64,000 bases of DNA from Candidatus Kapaibacterium sp. GTDB taxonomy: Bacteria > Bacteroidota > Ignavibacteria > Kapaibacteriales > UBA2268. The notes below the pieces were generated by a model, which did not search any database, was not told the origin of the DNA, and saw only the letters and a list, made by a program, of their open reading frames with translations. Below, one piece after another: positions 9,872 to 18,407 of this stretch; position 1 is the first letter of the stretch; every line of letters begins with the position of its first letter. The DNA lies in contig OY761611.1 of assembly GCA_963664875.1 (NCBI GenBank), forward strand, positions 2,752,001 to 2,816,000, given 5' to 3'. Made by a program: the position numbers and the translations under genes.

Positions 9872-12118
9872 ATGAAAAATCTTCTTACACTTTCTTTTTT
9901 ACTTCTTCTTTTTGTCGCCCAAAGTACAGAATCAGAGGTCATAAAAGCAAAAATAAATTTTAAACCAAAATCAGAAATGGTGCCTATTCCAATAAAAAAA
10001 GAAATATTTGGTGGCTTCATGGAATTTGTTCACCACTGGTTTAACTCAGAAAAAGGATATGTAGCACAAGAAATCCAAAATAGAGGATTTGATTTGCTAC
10101 ATTCACAACCGGAGATCCCTGATTATTGGGAGCTGCTTACAAACAGCAATTTTCAGAAGTTTGAACTCATCGAAGGAGGATACAATGAAAATGGATTGTA
10201 TTCTGTTCGATTAGTCAATGAAGAAAAGGGTAAATATAATTCTATTATTCAAAAAATCTTTCTGACTCCGGATACAGGAAATGACTTCTATATTTACATC
10301 AAAGATAATGCGAAATCTAAAGTAGAAATTCGTCTTTTAGATACTAAAATGAATGTGTTGCATGCTCTTCCAATTCAACTAAGCGATAGCGATTGGAAAA
10401 AGTATTCGGGCACTTTCCCTCATATTGAAGGACACGGTAGTGCCTATATAGGCTTTTTTGTGCTCGACTCTTCTGATGTTGAGATTGATGAAATTTCTTT
10501 TATGCCGCAAAATAGAATGTTTTCACTTCGCAAAGAGTACTATGACTTATTCAAATTATGGTCTCCTGGTATTATGCGCTATCCGGGTGGTTGGTATGCC
10601 GATTCGAAACTTGCTCATTGGCAAGACGGCATTGGCGATATAGATAAAAGAAAATCTCCGTCATACAATTTTACTCATTCTCAAAGGTTGGAATTCGGAA
10701 CAGATGAATTTATTGCGTTTTGCAAATCTTTAGATTGTGAACCACATATCTGTGCTAACATGCGTGAAGGCACTCCTCAGGAAGCAGCTGCATGGTTAGA
10801 GTACTGCAACGGAAGTTCTGAATCTGAATACGGTGCAATGCGTGCTGCAAACGGTAATCCGGAACCTTTCAATGTCAAATTCTGGGATATAGGCAATGAG
10901 CAGTGGGACGATGCAGAATGGATGGCTAATAATTATGTCAAGATATGGAAAGAAATGGTAAAAGTAGATCCAAATGTTAAATATATTATAGGAGGCGATC
11001 TCTGGCAGGGTAAAGCATTCTTTGATAAGTGTATGGAAATCGCAGCCGAACAAATGGACTACTATAGTTGGCACCTACTTTCAGGAAGCTTTGAAAGGGA
11101 TATACAGGATTCTTTAGATGTATTTCTAACGCTGATGGGTAACACAATAGATCATGAACGCTCATATATAACTTTTCAACAGTGGCTTACAGATGGTGGT
11201 TTTTTTCCAAGAACCCGACAGTGCATTACCGAGCTTTGGACTGCTTTTAATGACCATGATTGGACGTTTCACCCAAGACTTTACAAATTGGAATCTGGTC
11301 TATGGACTGCACTGCAGATGAACATTAGCATTCGCCAATCTCCAATATTTGATATTAACGAAAGAACCTGTAACTCAGGTATGTTTTTTACTCATACAGA
11401 TTTTGAAGCCGGTACAAGAGTAATTGCCCCAAGCCCCAGTTTCTGGGCAATGGCACTTTATAGGAATCATCACGGAAAATATAACTACCCTCTGTCGGTA
11501 GAATGTCCTACCTATGAGGCAAAAGTTATTCCCGGTACATGGGGCACCCCAAACGTACCTTGGATAGATGCAGCATCAAGTATATCAAATGACACGCTCT
11601 TTATGTATATTGTAAATCGCAATCCCAACAGTCCGGTTGAGATTGAATGTAATCTAAATGAACTTCATGCTAACGGGAATATGACTACATATACTATGAC
11701 TGCAAATCATTTCCTCGATGGTCCATCGGCGGCAATTCCTGATTCTGTTACTCCAATTGTAGCAACTAAGCCCTATGATAGTATATTTACTATACCAAAA
11801 CATACATTACTTATCATGGCTATCCCTGTAGATGATATAATTGGAATCGAGTCTGACGACACAGTCAGTAATACTCCGATAAGTGTATTCCCGAATCCTT
11901 TTACTAATGCATTTAGAATTAAGATAGCAAGCAAAGAAATCAACCCTAAAAATATACTTCAGTTTTGCAACTCTAATGGTGAGGTTTTGTACGAATATAA
12001 ACTTGGGAATAGTGACGAAGCTTACTTTTCTTCTGCCGACTTAGCTAGCGGAGTTTATTTCATAAGATTGCTCAATGAAAAAACAGAGCTAAGTAGGAAA
12101 GTTCTTAAAATAAAGTAA
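9872..12118 (+). CDS. GH51 alpha-L-arabinofuranosidase-like hydrolase with T9SS C-terminal sorting domain
   Basis: RYPGG, FGTDEF, WLEYCNG, RAANG.PEPF, IGNE motifs; C-terminal VFPNP...LASGVYF...KVLKIK. Confidence 0.85.
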   Translation: MKNLLTLSFLLLLFVAQSTESEVIKAKINFKPKSEMVPIPIKKEIFGGFMEFVHHWFNSEKGYVAQEIQNRGFDLLHSQPEIPDYWELLTNSNFQKFELIEGGYNENGLYSVRLVNEEKGKYNSIIQKIFLTPDTGNDFYIYIKDNAKSKVEIRLLDTKMNVLHALPIQLSDSDWKKYSGTFPHIEGHGSAYIGFFVLDSSDVEIDEISFMPQNRMFSLRKEYYDLFKLWSPGIMRYPGGWYADSKLAHWQDGIGDIDKRKSPSYNFTHSQRLEFGTDEFIAFCKSLDCEPHICANMREGTPQEAAAWLEYCNGSSESEYGAMRAANGNPEPFNVKFWDIGNEQWDDAEWMANNYVKIWKEMVKVDPNVKYIIGGDLWQGKAFFDKCMEIAAEQMDYYSWHLLSGSFERDIQDSLDVFLTLMGNTIDHERSYITFQQWLTDGGFFPRTRQCITELWTAFNDHDWTFHPRLYKLESGLWTALQMNISIRQSPIFDINERTCNSGMFFTHTDFEAGTRVIAPSPSFWAMALYRNHHGKYNYPLSVECPTYEAKVIPGTWGTPNVPWIDAASSISNDTLFMYIVNRNPNSPVEIECNLNELHANGNMTTYTMTANHFLDGPSAAIPDSVTPIVATKPYDSIFTIPKHTLLIMAIPVDDIIGIESDDTVSNTPISVFPNPFTNAFRIKIASKEINPKNILQFCNSNGEVLYEYKLGNSDEAYFSSADLASGVYFIRLLNEKTELSRKVLKIK

Positions 12119-12157
12119 AATAGTAGATTAACCAATAATTGTACTTATAAAAAGAGC

Positions 12158-13711
12158 ATGGTCAATTACAAAATTCCACGCTCTTTTGCATTTCCAGGCT
12201 ACTCACCATATAGCTATGGGTATAACAATCCTATTATGTTTGGCGATCCGAGTGGGCTTGCTCCGGAAAAACATAAGCAAGGTAACGGAGATGTGCTTTT
12301 AGGCGATATTTATATGTGGAAAAATATGGCGGCAGTTGCTGAATATTATGGTGCTAAAACTAATATTTCTAAGGATGGACTTGAACCTTTGGAGTCTTAT
12401 CCAGTCAAAGTGTCAACTCATGCATTTATGTTGTCTTGGATGAGTGCTGCCCATGAATTAGGTCATATATTTGATGCTTTAAGACTGGGACATGATCCAT
12501 TTTTTGATATTCCTGCTGGTGTGCGTGAATGGTGGGCTATAGATTCAGAAAATATGATGCGAGTTAAGATGGGTTTTGGAAATGTCTTAAAAAGTAAATC
12601 AGATTTATTTGGAGTGCCGAAATATTTATGGGATGTATTCAAAGTTGGTTTTATAATAGAGGTATTGATCATGCGGACTATTAGTTATATTGTTATTTTA
12701 GTAAATATTATTCTGATAAGTGGATGCTCTAGTGCACAATATTATGAAGAAAAGGATTTTGAACCAAAAAATATAGAGTTTATTGAATCAGTATTATTCA
12801 ATTCGAAATCAATAGATTCAGCTTTTGATGATTTTAATAGCACGATTGATTATAATGACATTAATCGCGATGCCAAGTTAGATCATACGCACAAAATATT
12901 TTTCGAATCTTTATTGGCAGATTTAAAAGACAAAAAGCATTTTAGAGAGAGTGTGCATATTAATGAAGTGAAAAAAGCGCTTTGGCGTGATTTTGCCGGA
13001 TATGGGATGTATAGTTTAAGTGGGATAAAGTATATAGGTTCGTTTAATGTTGAAACAAGCAATAATTGTATTAGCTTTATTTTCCTAAAAAAGAGTGATA
13101 AATGGTATTTTGAGGGTATTAGTAGATGTAGTGATTTAGATGAGCACATAGAAAGATATCTAGCCAGATCAGATTTTTTAAAAGAGCTTATTGATTGTAT
13201 TAGTTTACATCAATTGTTTAACTCCTTTGAGATAGATGAAGAAGATTCTTGCAAATCTTTCGAAACTTCGCATTACAAAATTACTTTTTGTATCGATGAG
13301 TTTAAACGTTTCTACAAAGACTATTTAGATTTGGTTTTTAGTGATCGTGATTATATAATTTCAACTTGGGCTAAAAAGGATTGGTACATCAAAATTACTG
13401 CCAATAAATATTCGGATACGACTAATATTCAAAGAGGGCAAGAAATTGATTTTGATCAATTCAGATCACTTTCAGAGCTTGTTAGCTTCGAAGATTCACT
13501 TAAAATTAAAGATTATAATGGTTTTCAGTATGGACATTTAGGTATTGAAAAAAGATTGGGAGAAGATGACCAAATAGCATCCGCAATCCTTTATCTTTCA
13601 GACGCAGATCTTGATTTAAAGATTCATATTCTCAAATATCATTATAAACCAGAAGATAGAGAGGAATTGGATAACATAATAGAATCTTTTAAAATAGAAA
13701 GAAAAAAATAA
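12158..13711 (+). CDS. Orphan Rhs tip with HExxH metallopeptidase-like motif, fused in frame to a two-domain immunity-like lipoprotein (internal ATG at 12671)
   Basis: FPGYSPYSYGYNNPIMFGDPSG, then AHELGH...E..A...EN.MR, then a lipobox signal MRTISYIVILVNIILISGC preceded by GAGGT. Confidence 0.7.
   Translation: MVNYKIPRSFAFPGYSPYSYGYNNPIMFGDPSGLAPEKHKQGNGDVLLGDIYMWKNMAAVAEYYGAKTNISKDGLEPLESYPVKVSTHAFMLSWMSAAHELGHIFDALRLGHDPFFDIPAGVREWWAIDSENMMRVKMGFGNVLKSKSDLFGVPKYLWDVFKVGFIIEVLIMRTISYIVILVNIILISGCSSAQYYEEKDFEPKNIEFIESVLFNSKSIDSAFDDFNSTIDYNDINRDAKLDHTHKIFFESLLADLKDKKHFRESVHINEVKKALWRDFAGYGMYSLSGIKYIGSFNVETSNNCISFIFLKKSDKWYFEGISRCSDLDEHIERYLARSDFLKELIDCISLHQLFNSFEIDEEDSCKSFETSHYKITFCIDEFKRFYKDYLDLVFSDRDYIISTWAKKDWYIKITANKYSDTTNIQRGQEIDFDQFRSLSELVSFEDSLKIKDYNGFQYGHLGIEKRLGEDDQIASAILYLSDADLDLKIHILKYHYKPEDREELDNIIESFKIERKK
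12180..12275 (+). repeat. Rhs core-end repeat, copy 2
   Basis: 12197-12275 is identical to the reverse complement of 377-455. Confidence 0.95.
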
Positions 13712-13923
13712 TATAGCAACTCAATAGCTGCTGACCATGAATTAGGTCATGTTATACATAATTGAAATTAGGAGACTCTGCATTTGATCAATTAGACGAA
13801 TGTTTGAAAGAACAATTTACTATTGAATTAGTTAATATATTGCGACAAAAAAGGAATAAACAGTTACGTGAAGCACATCCGACATATCATGGTTGTCCAA
13901 CTTACAGAGATTATCCAGATTGA
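13712..13923 (+). pseudogene. Frameshifted remnant of a second HExxH toxin tip
   Basis: SIAADHELGHVIHN, then a 1-nt frameshift into LKLGDSAFDQLDECLKEQFTIELVNILRQ. CCATGAATTAGGTCAT is identical at 12451-12466 and 13735-13750. Confidence 0.7.
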
Positions 13924-14039
13924 TATAACAAAATTAACAGAACAATGTTCTAGTTTTAGATTGTTGACCAAGATCAATTATTAAAATTAAACTGGAAAAA
14001 TTTCTTTAGAAAATCATAAATTTGAATATTTGGAGGAAT

Positions 14040-14534
14040 ATGTTTATATATAGATATGTATTAATATCAATGATAATTGTTATCACTTCTTGTACTTATA
14101 AGAACTCAATTATTCCAACTTTGTCGGAAGAAAAAATTGAAATGCTAGAAATTTGTTTTAGGAATCCGGATGTAATAGATTCTGTTGTTGCGCATAATAA
14201 TTTTAATGCCAGAAGAGCTTTAACTTACAAGTCCGAAGCAATTAATTCCAGAGAAAAACAACTGTTTGAATATTTTGTCAAAAACATTATTCTTGGAGAT
14301 TACGACATTGAAGTAAATGAAACTACTTTCAAACCATTTATATTCTTGAATGGAGCTAATTATAAAGCACTTTATTTTAGAAGTAAAGTATTAGTAACCA
14401 CCAATCAGGATAGTATCGAATTTGATTTTGTAAGTTATTCTGACACTTGGATTTTGGATAATATAACAGATTTGAAAGAAGAGTCTAAAAATAAAGGTAA
14501 GCAAAGATGCGAAGACATAGAACCCAGAAAATAA
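14040..14534 (+). CDS. Immunity-like lipoprotein, domain A, tandem copy 1
   Basis: GGAGG then ATG at 14040; signal MFIYRYVLISMIIVITSC; similar to the N-half of the 12671 lipoprotein. Confidence 0.75.
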   Translation: MFIYRYVLISMIIVITSCTYKNSIIPTLSEEKIEMLEICFRNPDVIDSVVAHNNFNARRALTYKSEAINSREKQLFEYFVKNIILGDYDIEVNETTFKPFIFLNGANYKALYFRSKVLVTTNQDSIEFDFVSYSDTWILDNITDLKEESKNKGKQRCEDIEPRK

Positions 14535-15013
14535 AATATGTGATTATTTCATTGTTATTAGCATTTTCTTCCTCATGTTCATATAAGAACTCAATTATTC
14601 CAACTTTGTCGGAAGAAAAAATTGAAATGCTAGAAATTTGTTTTAGGAATCCGGATGTAATAGATTCTGTTGTTGCGTATAATAATTTTAATGCCAGAAA
14701 AGCTTTAACTTACAAGTCCGAAGCAATTAATTCCAGAGAAAAACAACTGTTTGAATATTTTGTCAAAAACATTATTCTTGGAGATTACGACATTGAAGTC
14801 AATGAAACTACTTTCATACCTTTTATATTCTTGAATGGAGCTGCTTATCAGGCACTTTCTTTCGAATGTAATGTATTAGTAGTAACAGATCATGATAGTA
14901 TAAAATTTAATTTTTTGAGATATTCTGACGAATGGATTTTAGATAATATAACAGATTTGAAAGAAGAGTCTAAAAATAAAGGTAAGCAAAGATGCGAAGA
15001 TATAGAACCCAGA
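14097..15013 (+). repeat. Tandem duplication of 432 bp (14097-14528 and 14582-15013)
   Basis: Near-identical direct repeats with a 485-bp period, read directly from the sequence. Confidence 0.95.
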
Positions 15014-15016
15014 TAG
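14507..15016 (+). CDS. Immunity-like lipoprotein, domain A, tandem copy 2
   Basis: Lipobox LLLAFSSSC; mature part nearly identical to copy 1; start uncertain. Confidence 0.75.
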   Translation: MRRHRTQKIKYVIISLLLAFSSSCSYKNSIIPTLSEEKIEMLEICFRNPDVIDSVVAYNNFNARKALTYKSEAINSREKQLFEYFVKNIILGDYDIEVNETTFIPFIFLNGAAYQALSFECNVLVVTDHDSIKFNFLRYSDEWILDNITDLKEESKNKGKQRCEDIEPR

Positions 15017-15198
15017 TAAATTATTTAATTTTTTCATTTATGCTAATATTTTCTTCTAGTTGCAGTGTAAAAAACATCGATAATAAGATATCTCGAAATG
15101 GAGATATATTTAAATTATCTCTTGATTCTGCTAATATGTATATTGAAGCTCCAGATTATATAGATATTGCTGAATTAGGGTACCGTACTTCTAATAAT

Positions 15199-16673
15199 CC
15201 CAGATTTGTCATTAGAAATATCATATTAAAGCACATGAGGCAATTTTATATAGGTTGACGAACTCCAAAGTCCCTTAAACCATTGCCTCCTTTGCATTGC
15301 TAAAGATAACTTCAAAATTTTAGAATTTCCATCTTTAATTAAATATCCGCCTATTGCAAAAGTCTTATATCTGAGTGTGCTTAGAAAATTTTGCTTTTTA
15401 GTTTTTAAAACTGCTTGCCTAAACAGACTCATCAGATTATAGGCAATCATAACAAAATTTAGTGCTGCTTCTGTACCCCAAAAATTGCGCATATTGAAAT
15501 TTTCTGCTCCAAAATCATACTTTATCTCCTTGATTCTATTTTCGCAATCGGCTCTCCCACGATACATATCATATATTATTTGTGCAGGCAAATCCAAATT
15601 TGTTACAAAACAAGAGTAGCGATAATCTTTGTATTGCATGTCTCCTTCGAAAAAGCTCAATTGTTTTCCGACTGCTTTAGGACGTTGTGGAACATACTGT
15701 CTTATCATTATAACTCGGCGGGGTTCATCCCAGTTGTCTGATTGGTAGCTTGTTTCGCCTATTTCTAAACCTTTACTTATAGGCCACCATTTTGTATGTT
15801 TGGCAATTTTTACTTTCAAAGGTCTGTAAAACTTTGCTGCTATTATATAATTATGTTTGGTACTTTCGAGATATTTCATTATTTCGTCTGAGTAAAATCC
15901 GCTGTCGGCACGGATTAAACCTGCTTTTTTATTACCAAGCTTATAAAGTGTATCTTCCAAAAAACTCAGAAAATTGCTTGATGCACCGGTATTGCCGGGC
16001 CGAAGCCAGCAATTGGCTATCATTCGGCAATCTGAGACAAATGCAAGCAAAGGGTGATGTGAATTTCTTCCCGGTTTACGAGGGTTATAACCTTTTGCAG
16101 CACCCTGCTGATTTCCATAGCGAGTTATCACCGTAGAATCAAAGTCAATTGTGTAGTTGTCAAACTGAAAATTATTGAAGAACCAAGTGTAAAGCTCATC
16201 AAAAACCTGTTGATTTGTTGCCTGAGAAAACTTATTAAAATATCTGTGGAATGCTTTGCTTCCAGCCATTTTTGACCATCCAAACAAATTTTGGATGACT
16301 TTGTCATGTCTTGTTACTTCTAAATGTTCGAAGCAACTTGCACCGCACCAAATACCCAGTAAAAAGTGTTGTATTAGTTGTTCTGGTTTGTAACCTCTAT
16401 TCGAACCCTGTGATGGTAACGCCAAATCTTTTAATATTTGATCAAAAGACATTTTTTTTAGCATATTTTGCATCAAAGAAATACCTGCCCAAGGTGTAAT
16501 TTCTTTGTCGGTAAAAGCAATTTTTACATCCATATTTTTCGTAAGATTTTCTTACATCTGTTTTCCTAATATAGACTTTTTTTAATATCTGCTAAAACAC
16601 TATTTATCAACATGTTATATCTTCTTTTTTCTAATGACAGTCATTAGAGATTATCGCTAATGACATTTTTGGG
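15199..16673 (-). mobile_element. IS1380-family insertion sequence, 1475 bp
   Basis: Terminal inverted repeats CCCAGATTTGTCATTAG and CCCAAAAATGTCATTAG (14 of 17 match). 5-bp target duplication ATAAT at 15194-15198 and 16674-16678. Confidence 0.9.
15226..16533 (-). CDS. IS1380-family DDE transposase
   Basis: IDFDST...YG.QQGAAKGYNP, LRPGN, IRADSGF, YRGRADCENRIKE motifs. Confidence 0.92.
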   Translation of the reverse strand: MDVKIAFTDKEITPWAGISLMQNMLKKMSFDQILKDLALPSQGSNRGYKPEQLIQHFLLGIWCGASCFEHLEVTRHDKVIQNLFGWSKMAGSKAFHRYFNKFSQATNQQVFDELYTWFFNNFQFDNYTIDFDSTVITRYGNQQGAAKGYNPRKPGRNSHHPLLAFVSDCRMIANCWLRPGNTGASSNFLSFLEDTLYKLGNKKAGLIRADSGFYSDEIMKYLESTKHNYIIAAKFYRPLKVKIAKHTKWWPISKGLEIGETSYQSDNWDEPRRVIMIRQYVPQRPKAVGKQLSFFEGDMQYKDYRYSCFVTNLDLPAQIIYDMYRGRADCENRIKEIKYDFGAENFNMRNFWGTEAALNFVMIAYNLMSLFRQAVLKTKKQNFLSTLRYKTFAIGGYLIKDGNSKILKLSLAMQRRQWFKGLWSSSTYIKLPHVL

Positions 16674-17057
16674 ATAATACAGAGCATTATCACATGTATC
16701 TTGTAAAAAAGGATTGGTTTATATACATATTCTGTACAGAAAGAAGAGTATCTATAGATCAGTTTTTATCATTGCTTCCTTATAAAAAGAAAGAGTTTTT
16801 AAGGAATTTACCAAAAACATTAAAAATAGACTCAACTGTGATTAATGGATTTGGCGAAAATATCATAAGTTACTATGGTACAGATGATGGTATGGGTAAA
16901 GACCAAGTTCTAGGCTATCAAAGTATATTTTGCTGGACGGATGATCAATTTATTACAATTTATATGTCTAAAAAAAAGTATGTTCCAGAAGATAGAGAAG
17001 AATTCAAAAATATTCTGAAAACCTTTAGATTAGAAAAAAATAGCATCTAATATTCAT

Positions 17058-17139
17058 ACCTCTCCAACTCCACAAAAAGATTGGAGAGGTTTTTGCATAT
17101 AATAGCACCTATCTCTTTGAAGCATTTCCGGGTTACTCA
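17058..17139 (+). repeat. Hairpin plus truncated Rhs core-end unit, copy 3
   Basis: ACCTCTCCAA..TTGGAGAGGT hairpin, then TTTTGCATATAATAGCACCTATC, then the bases encoding LFEAFPGYS. Near-identical to 25526-25606. Confidence 0.9.
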
Positions 17140-17210
17140 AAAAACTGATGTAAAGTCTTGACGTGAAATCGAGATGACAGAAAATAGCCAAAGAAAGGCA
17201 AATTGTGCCC

Positions 17211-18134
17211 TTAGAGTTTCAACACCACTAATGAGCTTATCCCTATGATGAACCACAAAATCACACCAAGAAGAAAGCTTTTTATACCAGCCTCTTTGAT
17301 TTCGGAAAACGAGATATTTGCTCCGATAAGAAACAGTGCCACTATCATTCCTTTCCTGCCCAGCCATGCTAAATTAGTAAATAACTCGGCAGCTTGCGGT
17401 AGTAGGTAAGCAGTAATAATAGCAAGTACGAATAATCCGATAAACCATGGAATTTTTATCTTGCCGTTTGATTTGTCCTTGGTGACCAGCATTATGCCAA
17501 ATGAAAGTGGTATTATCCATAGTGCCCTGATTAGTTTGACAGTTGTAGCTATCTCCAATGCCCGGCTACCATAAATAGCACCTGCTCCGACTACAGAGCT
17601 TGTGTCATGTATAGCAATTGCAGCCCAGTGCCCGAAAACTTCCTGACTTAAACCCAAATATTTGCCAATCGGCGGAAAAATCATAAGAGCGATTGCATTT
17701 AGCACAAATACAACAATCAAAGCAAATGAAATTTGATAATTCTTCGCTTTGATAATTGGTGATACAGCCGCTATCGCACTGCCACCACATATTGCAGTGC
17801 CGGCAGAAATCAAAATGCCAATATTAGATTCTACTTTGAAGAGTTTAGTCAGTAACATGCCAATAGCCACTACAAAAATAACAGATACTGCCGTTTCGGC
17901 GAACCCTTCTTTAGAAGCAGCCAACACTTGAATCATGTTCATTCCAAAGCCCATAAGCACAATAGAAGCCTGCAAGGCAAGAGATGTATAGCGTTTACTT
18001 CCGCTACTTTTGATGCCGGCAATAGACAGCACAATACCAATAGCAAGTGCTATCGCCGGAGTCAGAAATGGAGTAAAGCAAAGAATAATAATGACAACAA
18101 ATATAATGTTGGAATGCTTTTGACTAAGCTGCAT
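17211..18134 (-). CDS. yeiH: YeiH-family (putative sulfate exporter) membrane protein
   Basis: GTAICGGSAIAA, AIHDTSSVVGA, VKL.R motifs; multi-pass TM. Confidence 0.88.
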   Translation of the reverse strand: MQLSQKHSNIIFVVIIILCFTPFLTPAIALAIGIVLSIAGIKSSGSKRYTSLALQASIVLMGFGMNMIQVLAASKEGFAETAVSVIFVVAIGMLLTKLFKVESNIGILISAGTAICGGSAIAAVSPIIKAKNYQISFALIVVFVLNAIALMIFPPIGKYLGLSQEVFGHWAAIAIHDTSSVVGAGAIYGSRALEIATTVKLIRALWIIPLSFGIMLVTKDKSNGKIKIPWFIGLFVLAIITAYLLPQAAELFTNLAWLGRKGMIVALFLIGANISFSEIKEAGIKSFLLGVILWFIIGISSLVVLKL

Positions 18135-18212
18135 TGTTTTGCCTCAAATGTTTTTTTAGGACAAACTTAGCTCTCGCATATAACATTTACAAATTGAATA
18201 TTGTTATTGCTT

Positions 18213-18227
18213 ATAACTTGTGGTTAT
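18213..18227. promoter_or_regulatory. Putative LysR-type operator upstream of yeiH
   Basis: ATAAC-N5-GTTAT dyad fitting T-N11-A, about 80 bp upstream of the yeiH start. Confidence 0.45.
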
Positions 18228-18366
18228 GATGGAGCAAGAAATCAAGGAAAATTACAGGGAATAGTTTTTTATCAACTTGTATTATAATAAATAAAAGTCT
18301 TTTATCAAAAAGATATAAACCTACACAAAAAACAAATAATATCTTGCTATTTCTCTCGCCTACCTA

Positions 18367-18374
18367 TATATTTG
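18367..18374 (+). promoter_or_regulatory. Bacteroidota-type -7 promoter element (TAnnTTTG); similar sites listed under findings
   Basis: TATATTTG 33 bp upstream of the GH57 start. Confidence 0.55.
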
Positions 18375-18407
18375 GTATGCAATGTTAATTAGACTGATTG
18401 AGATATA

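Larger units (their letters stand above)
14992..17050 (+). pseudogene. Immunity-like lipoprotein (domain B) interrupted by IS1380
   Basis: Removing the IS and one ATAAT joins 14992-15198 to 16679-17050 in frame (...RTSNN/TEHYHMYLVKKDWF...), giving 192 aa with lipobox LIFSSSC. Confidence 0.85.

Noticed and set aside
14331-14941. Possible diversity-generating retroelement template/variable repeat pair
   Set aside because: Differences include many non-adenine positions in either copy, and no reverse transcriptase is in the window
14992-15258. 88-aa ORF, and the 118-aa ORF at 16694-17050, as independent genes
   Set aside because: They are two halves of one gene split by the IS; the tail of the first is IS sequence
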